From a virus (taxonomy: Duplodnaviria > Caudoviricetes): a stretch of DNA of 64,000 nucleotides. Below are positions 1-10,415 of the stretch, piece by piece. Position 1 is the stretch's first letter; each line of letters begins with the position of its first letter. The position numbers and the translations under genes are program-made. Below the pieces are notes generated by a model. The model ran no database searches, was not told the origin of the DNA, and worked only from the letters and a program-made list of their open reading frames with translations. Location of the stretch: IMG/VR virus record IMGVR_UViG_3300023179_000027, positions 1 through 64,000 of that record; one strand, written 5' to 3'.

Positions 1-1403
1 GTGCTACTGTATTCTATCCTATTTGGCATCATCAGTTTGATGATCTTATTGTACTTAAAAACAATCAAGGAACCGAAGAAACCAGGGTCCGACATATGGA
101 TTATGGGGTTGTCCTTTCGAGTTTCTTTTGGAGAAGATTCAAAAACAAAGAAAATATAACATTCTTCGATCCAAATGAAGTACCTGATCTATATGAAGTA
201 TTCTATTCAAATACAGAAAAGTTTGAGGAATTATATTTAAAATATGAAAAACAAAAAGGCTTGCGTAAGAAAACTATGTCAGCCGAAGAAGTTTTTAAGA
301 GTGGTATATTAAAGGAGCGTACTGATACAGGTAGAATTTATCTTGTATTCATTGACAACGTAATGAATCAAGGACCATTCGATCCTGATTACCACACAAT
401 CTATCAGTCAAATTTATGTTGTGAAATTTTACTTCCTACTAAGCCCTTTAAGCGTTTGGATGACAGTAATGGCCGTATCGCATTATGCACATTGGGATCA
501 ATCAACTGGGGTGCTTTCCGTAATCCCGAAGATATGCGTAGGGCTTGTCGTGTATTGCAGCGTAGCCTTTGTAATATACTTGATTACCAAGACTTTTTAT
601 CTATACAATCTAAGTTAAGTAATGATGAAATACAACCACTTGGCATAGGTGTTACAAATCTTGCGTATTGGCATGCCAAACGTGGGCTAAAGTATGGACA
701 GAAGGATTCATTACAAGAAGTAAAATCTTGGATGGAGCATCAGGCATATTATCTTACTGAAGCTACTGTAGAATTGGCCAAAGAACGTGGTAAATGTTCA
801 GATAGCGATAAGACTTTTTATGGGCGTGGTATTTTCCCATGGGAACGCAGAGCGAAGGGTGTGAATGATTTAGCTAGTTTCACTCCAGAATTAGATTGGG
901 AAATACTACGTGAAAACATGAAAAAATACGGAGTTCGTAATGCTACATTAATGGCAATAGCACCAGTAGAAAGTAGTAGCGTAGTTATTAATAGTACGAA
1001 TGGTATTGAAATGCCCATGAGTTTAATTACAGTAAAAGAAAGTAAAGCTGCTAGTTTGACACAAGTTGTTCCAGAATATCATAAACTTAAAAATAAGTAC
1101 CAGTTAATGTGGGAGCAAAATGATTGTTTAAATTATCTGAAAACAGCAGCAGTATTGCAGGCGTATGTCGATCAAAGTATTAGTACAAATACATTTTATA
1201 ATCCTGCACATTTTCCAAATCGTAAAGTACCAACTACAACTATTGCCAAGAATTTAATGTTAGCACATTATTATGGTATAAAGACCTTTTACTACTCACT
1301 TATAAATAAATCAGGGTCCAAAATAGAGGACGTAGTAAAAGAAAATAAACAATATAAACCATCGGAAGAACTTGATGAAAATTGTGATGCATGTGTATTA
1401 TGA
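1..1403 (+). CDS. nrdA: ribonucleotide reductase class Ia alpha subunit (5' truncated by window)
   Basis: Frame open from position 3; SNLCCEI catalytic motif, AIAPVESSS, KTFYY and C-terminal CDAC redox pair. Confidence 0.97.
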   Translation, partial: ATVFYPIWHHQFDDLIVLKNNQGTEETRVRHMDYGVVLSSFFWRRFKNKENITFFDPNEVPDLYEVFYSNTEKFEELYLKYEKQKGLRKKTMSAEEVFKSGILKERTDTGRIYLVFIDNVMNQGPFDPDYHTIYQSNLCCEILLPTKPFKRLDDSNGRIALCTLGSINWGAFRNPEDMRRACRVLQRSLCNILDYQDFLSIQSKLSNDEIQPLGIGVTNLAYWHAKRGLKYGQKDSLQEVKSWMEHQAYYLTEATVELAKERGKCSDSDKTFYGRGIFPWERRAKGVNDLASFTPELDWEILRENMKKYGVRNATLMAIAPVESSSVVINSTNGIEMPMSLITVKESKAASLTQVVPEYHKLKNKYQLMWEQNDCLNYLKTAAVLQAYVDQSISTNTFYNPAHFPNRKVPTTTIAKNLMLAHYYGIKTFYYSLINKSGSKIEDVVKENKQYKPSEELDENCDACVL

Positions 1404-1447
1404 TCAAAAAGCTGTAAGAAAAGTAGAATAACCAAGGAAGAAAATAA

Positions 1448-2551
1448 ATGTCTATACAACAATATAACTTACAAACTAAGACAGATTATTTACATCGTAA
1501 AATGTTTTTAGACGATGAGGGGCCTGTCACAATACAGCGATTTGAGGAAGTAAAATATCCTAAAATACAAAAACTAGAACAAACAGCACGTGGATTCTTT
1601 TGGGTTCCTGAAGAGGTTAGTTTAACAAAAGACGCACAAGATTTTAAAGATGCAAGTGATGCAGTAAAACACATTTTTACAAGCAATTTGCTAAGACAAA
1701 CTGCATTGGACAGTTTACAAGGAAGAGGGCCAAGTCAAATTTTTACTCCTGTTATTAGTTTACCTGAACTAGAGGCATTGGTATATAATTGGAGTTTTTT
1801 TGAAACTAATATACATAGCCGTAGTTACAGCCATATTATTCGTAACATCTATAACGTGCCTAAAGAAGTTTTCAATTCAATTCACGATACCAGAGAGATA
1901 GTAGATATGGCTGCAAATGTTGGGCGATACTATGATAGATTACATGAAATTAATTGTTTGAAAGAATTAGGTAAGCCTGATGTAAACGAAGAAATACATA
2001 TTCGAGCGATCTGGTTAGCACTCAATGCCAGTTATGCTTTAGAGGCCTTGCGCTTTATGGTATCGTTTGCTACAAGTCTAGCAATGGTAGAGAATAAAAT
2101 TTTTATTGGCAATGGTAATATCATCAGTTTAATTTTACAAGATGAATTGTTACACAAAGAATGGACAGCATATATTATCAACCAAGTAGTAAAAGAAGAT
2201 AGTAGATTCGTAAAAGCAAAACAAGAATGTGAGCAAGAAGTATATGCCATGTATTTAGGCGTAATCCAAGAAGAAAAACAATGGGCTGAGTATTTGTTTA
2301 AGAAAGGCCCTGTTATTGGACTTAACGCCAATATTCTTAAAGATTTTGTTGATTATACAGCAAACAATGCATTAAAAGAAATTGGCATAAAGTATAATGA
2401 ACATGCACCAAAATCAACACCTATTCCATGGTTTAATAAACACAGCGACACAAGTAAAAAACAAACAGCATTACAAGAAAATGAATCGACAAACTATGTC
2501 ATTGGTGTAATGAGTGACAATTTAGATTACGATGAGTTACCAAGTTTATAA
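1448..2551 (+). CDS. nrdB: ribonucleotide reductase class Ia beta subunit
   Basis: FFWVPEEV, ETNIHSRSY (radical Tyr), DELLH di-iron motifs; follows nrdA. Confidence 0.97.
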   Translation: MSIQQYNLQTKTDYLHRKMFLDDEGPVTIQRFEEVKYPKIQKLEQTARGFFWVPEEVSLTKDAQDFKDASDAVKHIFTSNLLRQTALDSLQGRGPSQIFTPVISLPELEALVYNWSFFETNIHSRSYSHIIRNIYNVPKEVFNSIHDTREIVDMAANVGRYYDRLHEINCLKELGKPDVNEEIHIRAIWLALNASYALEALRFMVSFATSLAMVENKIFIGNGNIISLILQDELLHKEWTAYIINQVVKEDSRFVKAKQECEQEVYAMYLGVIQEEKQWAEYLFKKGPVIGLNANILKDFVDYTANNALKEIGIKYNEHAPKSTPIPWFNKHSDTSKKQTALQENESTNYVIGVMSDNLDYDELPSL

Positions 2552-2562
2552 GGAGAAAAAAT

Positions 2563-2793
2563 ATGAAAGCACTAATGTGGAGTAAGTATCATTGCCCCTA
2601 TTGTGACCAAGCAAGACAACTACTCAAAAAGAAAGGATACGAAATAGAAGAAAAAAAGATAGGTGATGGATACAGTAAAGAAGAATTGTTGGAAGCCATT
2701 CCAACTGCAAGAACAGTACCGCAGATATATTTGGATGAGATATATATTGGTGGTTTTCAAGAATTAAAAAAACATTTAGAAAAGGCAGCATAA
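2563..2793 (+). CDS. glutaredoxin
   Basis: CPYC active site, TVPQI, YIGGF; AGGAG RBS. Confidence 0.95.
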   Translation: MKALMWSKYHCPYCDQARQLLKKKGYEIEEKKIGDGYSKEELLEAIPTARTVPQIYLDEIYIGGFQELKKHLEKAA

Positions 2794-3092
2794 TGAAATT
2801 TGAAATAGGAAAAATTTATAGTTTTAAGTTAAACACTGGAGAAGAATGTATTGCAAAAGTTTTAGCAGTCAACAATGATTGGATAGAGATAAGTGATCCT
2901 GTAAGCATAGCGCCAACTGGCCAAGGAATGAGTTTAATACCTACTATTTTTACCGCAGATACCAAGGATATTATAAAGATAAATATTAATACAGTTACTA
3001 TGTACGGAGCCACAGAAGATGCTGTCAAAAACAAATATATTGAAGCTACAACAGGTATATCAGTACCAACTAAAAAAATTGTTCTAGGGTAA
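2793..3092 (+). CDS. hypothetical protein, probable Sm-like beta fold
   Basis: KLNTGEECIAKV start typical of small T4-like Sm-fold proteins; coupled to glutaredoxin stop. Confidence 0.6.
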   Translation: MKFEIGKIYSFKLNTGEECIAKVLAVNNDWIEISDPVSIAPTGQGMSLIPTIFTADTKDIIKININTVTMYGATEDAVKNKYIEATTGISVPTKKIVLG

Positions 3093-3096
3093 AATT

Positions 3097-3378
3097 ATGC
3101 CTCAATTAAGTAGGTTAGGAGATATTAATAATGCAGGAGGTAAAATACTTAGGGGTGCAAGCACAGTATTTTGCAACGGAATTCCTGTAGGTTTACATGT
3201 AAGTAGAATTAGTCCTCACCAACCATTTGGCAAACCTCATCCTCCGCATAGTGCAGCAAATACAACAGAGGGTAGTCCAACCGTTTTTGCAGAAAACAGC
3301 CAAGTATTACGTGTAGGGTCTGGGAATACATGTGGTCATAGAATTAGCCAAGGAAGTAGCGATACTTTTTGCCCATAA
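3097..3378 (+). CDS. PAAR-repeat tail spike tip protein (T4 gp5.4-like)
   Basis: RLGD, GASTVFCNGIP, GSPTVF, CGH, GSSDTF repeats. Confidence 0.9.
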   Translation: MPQLSRLGDINNAGGKILRGASTVFCNGIPVGLHVSRISPHQPFGKPHPPHSAANTTEGSPTVFAENSQVLRVGSGNTCGHRISQGSSDTFCP

Positions 3379-6300
3379 TGGCAGATACAGGAAAACAAAC
3401 TCCATTAGGAATGAATGTTTTAGGTAGTTTCCTACGGGATATCGGACTAAACATTAACCCAATAGTTGAGGAATATATTGGTGTAAGCAAAACAAATACA
3501 GATTATTCATTTGGTAAAATAATAAGTGATACATGCTTATTAAAATTAACATGGGCAATTAACGATGCTTATTTAAGAGGATCTCTTGGAGGAGGTGCAT
3601 CAGGTGGACCAACCTATACAAATGATTTATATGATCAATTATTACTTATTGCAGGTGATATACCTGCATTAGGAAATTCTCTTTCTCCAAATTTTATTTT
3701 AACAGATCCTGCTGAATGGTGGTCTGGAAGTACAAATCCAAACGGCAGTATGAGTAAAAAAACTGAAACAAATGCACCTGCTAATACAGGATATGCATTA
3801 TCAGGGATTAGTAATGGCAATGGTCAAACTGCAAAGTGGCGACCATGGGGATCTGCCAATTCATCGAATCATAGTGTTACACAATGGGGATTTTTTAGAT
3901 TGAATGCATTGCAGGCTTGGAATCAGTTTAATTATAATGGAGGTGGAGCAGGCGACAGTGCAAAAACACCTTATCCTACAAAACCTCATCCTGAATATAA
4001 AGAATTTTTGGCAAGTTTTATGCAAGCTTGTAGTTTTTTAGAATACACAAATGCCGCTATATATGCTAATTACGAAAGTTTCAGATTTCTTAAAGGTACA
4101 TATAGCAATATGAATGATTTGATGACAGGTGATGTATTTAATGTCAACATAGCATCAAAGGCATTTGGAAATGATTTAATGGCGCTAGGCAAAAGTTTAG
4201 ATTTATTAACAATAAGTTCATTTGGTTTGCCAAGTAACCTACTTAGAACACTTTATAAAAATAATATTATAACAACTGATCTTATACTAGCCTTAAATGC
4301 AGCAGGAGTAGTACAATCTCAAATAGTTGCCATTACTACAGGAGAAGTAAAAAAATTAGAAACAAATGTTGAAAAAGCTATATATGGAGCTTTTTTGATT
4401 ATAATTGATCAAAATCTCCAACAAATATTAAATGGTCTAAATTGTTCAACTCCTAATTTAACAAGTCTTGCAGACTTACTTAATGTCAAAAAAATGTTCC
4501 CAACAAGTTTTGGTTCATTAACTGTTCCTATATATAATACTACGACAGGGCCAACTAATTCTAAAACATTTTATTTATTATTTACGAATGGCGGGGTTAA
4601 CTCGCAATTAAGTTCAACACAAGTTAAAGAAAAAGTTGGATTTTTAACACTACCTGGACAACCTGTTCCCGAAGAAATAGAAATTGTGGATAAGGAAGTG
4701 GTTATTTCAGATTTGATTCCTGGATTCGATTCATATTTAAGAAATATATTACCGACAGATTTAGCAATTACTGCTGGGGCATTTTCTTACTCAATGCAAC
4801 AAATAAAGAATATCGATAAAATGGATATTGAAAAATTTGGACAGGTTGTTTATAGCCTAGAAGGAAACAATGGTTTAGAATTAACAAATACAGGGACTGA
4901 ATTGCCTACAAATCAAATTGAAGCTTTTTTCGGAACAAATTACATGGCACTAGGGTCAGGGCCATTTGGCACTTATACAGTTAGTGATTTTTTTGGATGC
5001 ATGAGTGCTTTACCTTATCCACATAAAGATACATATGACGCTATAAAACAACTTGAAACTACAAAATTATTTAATATTTATGATCAACTTTATTTGGCAA
5101 CACAATGGGAACGAGCAGAAATTGTAGTTACTCAAACAGATATACAAGTTGTCAAACAAAATTATGTTCCTGCTGTACCTGCTACTCCAACTAAACCAGG
5201 TGTTCCAGCCAAACCCTTGATTGTGGATTGGTACTATACCTGTACATATACGGCAACCGCAGACGGGGGAGGATATGGTAGGGGAGGAGCAGCTCCTCCA
5301 CCAGTAACTTTGTCTCCTAATAATTGTAGGGCCACTATTTCTTCATACTTTTTAGGTGATTCTTTAGGATCAGCAGGAGCAGGTACATATGGTAGAGTAG
5401 GTTTTAAGATCAATAACGGAGGTCAATTTTATTATGGGACAAGCACAGATTTTAGCACTACGCCTACTAAACCAACAAGACCTGTTGAAACAGTTTTAGT
5501 TTACGGGCCTCCGATCGAGTCTTTACCAGTAACGGATCAAGGAAAAGCAACTAATGGAGTTAACATAAATAATGCAAATAATTACTGGCCCTCAACTATG
5601 GGAAGCGTATGCCAAAATTATATTGCTCAAGCAAATAGTGAAGTAGGAAATATTTACAAAAAAAACACAAAGAAAGCTGATTGGCTTAATATAAATTATT
5701 TAATATACGGTTCACAATTAGCTGTAGAACAACGTGCTAGATTTTTAGGGCTTGGTAGTGTTCCTATTGTAGACACAAATAAAAAAGATGTATTTTTAAA
5801 TTCATATCCAGGCACTATTATTAATTTTGTGGATAGTGTACCAACATATGCTAAAAATACATTACCTCATATGCATGTACAGACCCTAGAAGCTATTGCT
5901 AATATTAAAACGGTTGGCGGTCAAAGTTTAATTGCTATGATGAGAGAAGCTAGAAATCAAATTAGATTAAATATATTAGGCACTGATTTATATAATAATA
6001 TACCTGCAGTTCTAGAAGGTATTAGCCTTGCCGATTATCAAAAATTATTATTAAATGGTACAGCTCCAATTGCCCGCGCGGGCAGTGGGGTATTTGTAAA
6101 AGATTGTGCTACCACTTGGACTCTGCCATCGTGGACAAGCACAAATTCAGCTCTTACTCCAAAAGGTAGTTATGTTTATGATCCTGGTCAAGGAGGATTA
6201 ATTTTAGGTACAGGTGCAGGAATAGTTGGAACAAATCTTACCTTTTTAAATGGAGATTGTGAAACTAAAGTTATTCTTCCAATAGTACCATCTGGCCCAT

Positions 6301-6827
6301 ATCTATTGCCTGAAGATATAATTCAAAATGTTGTTACTCCTGTTATAAATACAACCACATTTATTTTTGATACAAAATACAAGGGTAATTTACAAATAGA
6401 TTTAGCTACAGGGAATACAGTTCAATTTGATTTTAGTAAAGTAAATGATGTAACTGATATTGTTACTAACAATATAACAAAAGAGTTACCTATCACTATA
6501 GATAGAACTATTGTGGATCCAAATGTTATAGATGGTAATATAACAACTTTTACCTCAGGTAATGTTAATATTATAACAGGTAATCCTAGAGATAGGACTC
6601 CTTTTAATACAGGTAATATAACAGGTAATTCTAGAAATAGGACTACTTTTAATACAGGCACACTAACATCATTCATTCCTAAAACACGAGGAAGCTTAGG
6701 AAATACTACGTTGGTTGTACCAACTTTGCTTGATTTAACCTTTACGTCAAGCACTATAACTAATTCAACAGTGGACGATGCAATAGCTCAGGTCATTGAG
6801 TGTAATTGTGACTGTTGGCTTATTTAA
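3378..6827 (+). CDS. large probable virion structural protein
   Basis: About 1150 aa, Gly/Thr/Asn-rich; ATG 3378 overlaps the PAAR stop; function inferred from context only. Confidence 0.6.
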   Translation: MADTGKQTPLGMNVLGSFLRDIGLNINPIVEEYIGVSKTNTDYSFGKIISDTCLLKLTWAINDAYLRGSLGGGASGGPTYTNDLYDQLLLIAGDIPALGNSLSPNFILTDPAEWWSGSTNPNGSMSKKTETNAPANTGYALSGISNGNGQTAKWRPWGSANSSNHSVTQWGFFRLNALQAWNQFNYNGGGAGDSAKTPYPTKPHPEYKEFLASFMQACSFLEYTNAAIYANYESFRFLKGTYSNMNDLMTGDVFNVNIASKAFGNDLMALGKSLDLLTISSFGLPSNLLRTLYKNNIITTDLILALNAAGVVQSQIVAITTGEVKKLETNVEKAIYGAFLIIIDQNLQQILNGLNCSTPNLTSLADLLNVKKMFPTSFGSLTVPIYNTTTGPTNSKTFYLLFTNGGVNSQLSSTQVKEKVGFLTLPGQPVPEEIEIVDKEVVISDLIPGFDSYLRNILPTDLAITAGAFSYSMQQIKNIDKMDIEKFGQVVYSLEGNNGLELTNTGTELPTNQIEAFFGTNYMALGSGPFGTYTVSDFFGCMSALPYPHKDTYDAIKQLETTKLFNIYDQLYLATQWERAEIVVTQTDIQVVKQNYVPAVPATPTKPGVPAKPLIVDWYYTCTYTATADGGGYGRGGAAPPPVTLSPNNCRATISSYFLGDSLGSAGAGTYGRVGFKINNGGQFYYGTSTDFSTTPTKPTRPVETVLVYGPPIESLPVTDQGKATNGVNINNANNYWPSTMGSVCQNYIAQANSEVGNIYKKNTKKADWLNINYLIYGSQLAVEQRARFLGLGSVPIVDTNKKDVFLNSYPGTIINFVDSVPTYAKNTLPHMHVQTLEAIANIKTVGGQSLIAMMREARNQIRLNILGTDLYNNIPAVLEGISLADYQKLLLNGTAPIARAGSGVFVKDCATTWTLPSWTSTNSALTPKGSYVYDPGQGGLILGTGAGIVGTNLTFLNGDCETKVILPIVPSGPYLLPEDIIQNVVTPVINTTTFIFDTKYKGNLQIDLATGNTVQFDFSKVNDVTDIVTNNITKELPITIDRTIVDPNVIDGNITTFTSGNVNIITGNPRDRTPFNTGNITGNSRNRTTFNTGTLTSFIPKTRGSLGNTTLVVPTLLDLTFTSSTITNSTVDDAIAQVIECNCDCWLI
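6573..6658 (+). repeat. imperfect in-frame tandem duplication, 45-nt period, 2 copies
   Basis: ataacaggtaatcctagagataggactccttttaatacagg vs ataacaggtaattctagaaataggactacttttaatacagg. Confidence 0.85.
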
Positions 6828-6852
6828 ATAATTCTAAAAGGAGATTGTAATT

Positions 6853-7389
6853 GTGTCAAAATATTTACAGAATATCTACCATTTATTTGGTTTTTTAATT
6901 GTATTGGTATTTACATTTAATATTACCACACACAAACTTAATGTGTATAAAGCCAATGATTCGGCTCCAATTAATCCGACAACAGCAGAAATAGAAAAAA
7001 CTTTAAACTGTTTAGCATTAAATATATATAGGGAAGGGGCTAATGAACCATTTGAAAGTAAAGTAGGAATAGCACAAGTCACTTTAAATAGAGTAAATCA
7101 TCATGCTTTTCCAAAAGATATATGTAGTGTAGTTTACCAAAAAAATATTATAATGGAAAAAGTGATTTGTCAATTTAGTTGGTATTGTGATAATAATATA
7201 AAAATTAAACCTATACACAAAGAAGCATTTGATGAAAGTATGGCTGTTGCTAAAAAAGTATTACTGGAAGGTTTTAGGCTTGATATACTTAAATATTCTT
7301 TGTACTATCATGCTGTGTATATTAATCCAAATTGGCCTTACAAACGTGTAGCTAAAATAGGTAATCACATTTTTTATAATCAAAGGTAA
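6853..7389 (+). CDS. cell wall hydrolase, SleB/Hydrolase_2 family
   Basis: N-terminal hydrophobic anchor; CLALNIYRE, VTLNRV, ICSVVYQ, CQFSW, IGNHIFY. Confidence 0.9.
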   Translation: MSKYLQNIYHLFGFLIVLVFTFNITTHKLNVYKANDSAPINPTTAEIEKTLNCLALNIYREGANEPFESKVGIAQVTLNRVNHHAFPKDICSVVYQKNIIMEKVICQFSWYCDNNIKIKPIHKEAFDESMAVAKKVLLEGFRLDILKYSLYYHAVYINPNWPYKRVAKIGNHIFYNQR

Positions 7390-7394
7390 TAAAA

Positions 7395-7715
7395 ATGCAA
7401 ATTTATAATTTTATATTAACTTTTTTAACAAACTTCGGTAAAGACTTTAAAGAAAGAATAACTCATTTATCAAGCGAAACTATACATTGGATGGCGGTAC
7501 TATGTTTTCATTCTGCCACAGCACCTAATTTAATCGGGTTGATGTTCGGAATAACTGATACAATGCCACCTATAGAATTTGTTCTCATAGTATGGACAGG
7601 TTTAGCTTTAATGTTTATGAAAGCTATTATTCAAAAAGATAGATTAAATCTAATAACCATAGGACTAGGTTTTATGGCGCAAGCAGTAGCAATGGCATTG
7701 ATATTTTTTAAATAA
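7395..7715 (+). CDS. small multi-pass membrane protein
   Basis: About three hydrophobic segments; next to the wall hydrolase. Confidence 0.6.
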   Translation: MQIYNFILTFLTNFGKDFKERITHLSSETIHWMAVLCFHSATAPNLIGLMFGITDTMPPIEFVLIVWTGLALMFMKAIIQKDRLNLITIGLGFMAQAVAMALIFFK

Positions 7716-8194
7716 TGGAAAATCCTAAAACCAATTTGGCTCAAGGAAGAAATAGTTTCGACGCAAATTTGGGTACAGGCATAACGCAATTTTTTAATCG
7801 CAATATAACTCCTTATCCAACTGAAGTAGGTGGTCCAAAGTTCGATTTGATTCCTATCGAAAAACAAAAAGACATTATGGTCAATGTAGCAAGACTACAT
7901 GCCCAACAAGAGTATGAAAGAATAATGGATTTGGTTAAGGTATTGGAAAAACAAGCTAATGACATCAAACGTAGATTGGATATTACTGATATGGTACATA
8001 ATGCCCAATATACTTTTCAAATATATCATGGTAATATATACTACTTATTATACGATAACAAGGTTAATTGTACAAGATTAAGTCTTTTAGGACCTAATGA
8101 TTGGTGTACAGGAGCACCTGTTGAATATGAATATATTACCCGTGTTAAATGGTTAGGTGACTATACTTGGATAGAGGTAAATGATGAATCGTAG
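7715..8194 (+). CDS. hypothetical protein (DUF2452-like)
   Basis: YPTEVGGPKF, coiled coil, GNIYYLL, LSLLGPNDW, DYTW pattern. Confidence 0.65.
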   Translation: MENPKTNLAQGRNSFDANLGTGITQFFNRNITPYPTEVGGPKFDLIPIEKQKDIMVNVARLHAQQEYERIMDLVKVLEKQANDIKRRLDITDMVHNAQYTFQIYHGNIYYLLYDNKVNCTRLSLLGPNDWCTGAPVEYEYITRVKWLGDYTWIEVNDES

Positions 8195-8720
8195 CCCAAA
8201 ACGAAACACTTTTCAGAAAGAAAGATATCTACAACGATGTGCCGAAAATGATCAAAGTGTGAATGAGGATTATCTTAAAATGTTTGATGATATAATAAAT
8301 CAGGAACAAAGTAAATTTGTTGATCCTGAATCAAGAGTAGATAATATGGAGTATGATTTACTTACCACTAAGTGGATTTGTGACAAAGCCAAAGTGAGTG
8401 AGGTTTACGCACAAAACTTGTATGCTGCTATATGTAATAATAACTTTATTCACAATCTTGTATGGCCAATATTAAGTGGTAAATCATGGGGCTGTAGTTG
8501 GCGATATGCTGGTGGTATAATTGCTGATATGCGTGAAGAAGGTGACTATATTGATTGGTACTGTAGTGGAATAAAAGGTAGTCCAAGTATAAATGAAGAA
8601 GGTAAAGAAAATAACGATGGCATAAATGGGTATGTGGGAGAAGGTGTAGTAACTGACGAAATTCGTGATGATTTATTAAAATTAGGATGGTTAGTTGTGA
8701 ATGATGATCATGATGTATAA
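8181..8720 (+). CDS. hypothetical phage protein
   Basis: 179 aa ORF in operon context. Confidence 0.7.
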   Translation: MMNRSPKRNTFQKERYLQRCAENDQSVNEDYLKMFDDIINQEQSKFVDPESRVDNMEYDLLTTKWICDKAKVSEVYAQNLYAAICNNNFIHNLVWPILSGKSWGCSWRYAGGIIADMREEGDYIDWYCSGIKGSPSINEEGKENNDGINGYVGEGVVTDEIRDDLLKLGWLVVNDDHDV

Positions 8721-8740
8721 ATACAGATAGGAGGTAAAAA

Positions 8741-8908
8741 ATGAATACATGTAAAAATCTTTACCTAGACCAAGAAGTTACTCCAGAAGAGGACGAAGCT
8801 TGGGAAAACTTTTTAGTTAAATTTGCAAATAATCCTCTAAGACAAGAAAATTTAGAGACAACGATTCCAATGGAGAATAAAGATGGCTTACTCAAAACAA
8901 GTAATTGA
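8741..8908 (+). CDS. small hypothetical protein (55 aa, not in ORF track)
   Basis: TATAAATA then GGAGG RBS; MNTCKNLYLDQEVTPEEDEAW... Confidence 0.55.
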   Translation: MNTCKNLYLDQEVTPEEDEAWENFLVKFANNPLRQENLETTIPMENKDGLLKTSN

Positions 8909-9263
8909 CCATTATGAAAACCCACGTAACGTGGGAAGTTTTGATAAAAATGATACTAGCGTAGGAACAGGAATGGTCGGTGCACCCGCATGTGGTGATG
9001 TAATGAAGTTACAAATTAAAGTAGATGAAAAAACAGGAGTTATAACAGATGCCAAATTTAAGACATATGGGTGCGGGTCAGCAATTGCTTCGTCAAGTCT
9101 TGTTACAGAGTGGGTCAAGGGTAAAACATTGGATGATGCAACAACAATCAGAAATACTAAAATCGCGGAAGAATTATCTCTCCCCCCAGTCAAAATCCAT
9201 TGCTCAATCCTCGCAGAAGATGCGATAAAAGCTGCAATTAATGATTATCGTAAAAAACACTAA
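8883..9263 (+). CDS. iscU: Fe-S cluster assembly scaffold IscU
   Basis: DHYENPRNVG, APACGDVM, GCGSAIAS, LPPVKIHCS. Confidence 0.97.
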   Translation: MAYSKQVIDHYENPRNVGSFDKNDTSVGTGMVGAPACGDVMKLQIKVDEKTGVITDAKFKTYGCGSAIASSSLVTEWVKGKTLDDATTIRNTKIAEELSLPPVKIHCSILAEDAIKAAINDYRKKH

Positions 9264-9526
9264 TGAGTAATGAAAGTAGTAGGATAAAAAATTCATCACG
9301 TAGATTACGTGATGAAAATGCAGTTAATCGTCAGGTAAAAATAGTCAAAGCTAAGGGTATTACAGAATCAAATAAACAAGTAGATCAGCCACATAGACTG
9401 ATTAAACATCATGCAATGAATTGTGGGAAACCAAATTGTCAACTATGCGGTAATCCGAGAAAATTGTTTAAAGAAAAAACTATACAGGAGAAAAGATTTG
9501 AACAGCACAAACTTTGGGATGATTAA
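9263..9526 (+). CDS. basic hypothetical protein with CxxxxCxxC motif
   Basis: HAMNCGKPNCQLCGNPRK. Confidence 0.65.
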   Translation: MSNESSRIKNSSRRLRDENAVNRQVKIVKAKGITESNKQVDQPHRLIKHHAMNCGKPNCQLCGNPRKLFKEKTIQEKRFEQHKLWDD

Positions 9527-9529
9527 ATT

Positions 9530-10414
9530 TTGGAATTTCCTATTCATTTAAATGAAATAGCTTATCATATAACTAATGTTTGTAATTTATCTTGTACACA
9601 TTGTATATCGTATAGTAATATAAAAGGATTTAGTGGTTATTCAAAATGGGAAGATCACTTTAGTAAAAATAAACTTTGGCCTAATTTTATTAATCCTCAT
9701 AAAGTACAAATTACAGGAGGTGAAACTTTTTTAAATCCTGATTTAATAAATTGGGTACGTGGTATACGTAATCTATGGCCCGACAAATATGTATCGGTAC
9801 TTACAAATGGTACATTATTTCATAAATCAAATGTTAAAAAAATTACAAAAGAAATTTTAAACCTTGGATTTGAAATAGAAATTAGTATTCATCATGAAAA
9901 TCATTATCTTCCTGCATATGAATCATTTTTAAATATTTTAAAAGAATCTAACATAAATCACTCTGAAGAATATACTATATTTGCGAAAAATTCTAGTAAA
10001 AAAATTGTTGAAGATTTAAGAAAATTTAGAAATAAAGATACAAATAAAGTGTTAGGTACAATTGAAAGAAAACAAATTTTTTTTCAAAATTCAATAAAAT
10101 TTTACGATAAAAATTTAATTAAAATGCATGATAATGATCCAATTAAAACACATGAAAATTGTTGCCTTAAAACATGTGGAATAATTGTAGATGGCGATTT
10201 ATTCAAATGTGTAGCAGTAGCCGTTGGCAAACAACTTAATAAACAATTTAACGTGCTAAATAAACATAATATGTTATTAAATGATTATGTTCCGTGTAGT
10301 CCAATAATTGGGAAAAATAAAGTGTATGATTTTTTAAAAAATATTAATGAACCTATAAAACAGTGTGGATTATGTGATATAGGTTTCGTTAAAGTGTATA
10401 ATCCTATTAATTAA
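9530..10414 (+). CDS. radical SAM protein
   Basis: CNLSCTHC, GGE, TNG, extra C-terminal Cys; TTG start. Confidence 0.9.
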   Translation: MEFPIHLNEIAYHITNVCNLSCTHCISYSNIKGFSGYSKWEDHFSKNKLWPNFINPHKVQITGGETFLNPDLINWVRGIRNLWPDKYVSVLTNGTLFHKSNVKKITKEILNLGFEIEISIHHENHYLPAYESFLNILKESNINHSEEYTIFAKNSSKKIVEDLRKFRNKDTNKVLGTIERKQIFFQNSIKFYDKNLIKMHDNDPIKTHENCCLKTCGIIVDGDLFKCVAVAVGKQLNKQFNVLNKHNMLLNDYVPCSPIIGKNKVYDFLKNINEPIKQCGLCDIGFVKVYNPIN

Positions 10415-10415
10415 T

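Noticed and set aside
1-2551. Intron or intein in nrdA/nrdB
   Set aside because: Both reading frames are continuous and of normal length in the visible part.
7395-7715. Holin call
   Set aside because: Only hydrophobicity and adjacency to a wall hydrolase support it; no family motif recognised.
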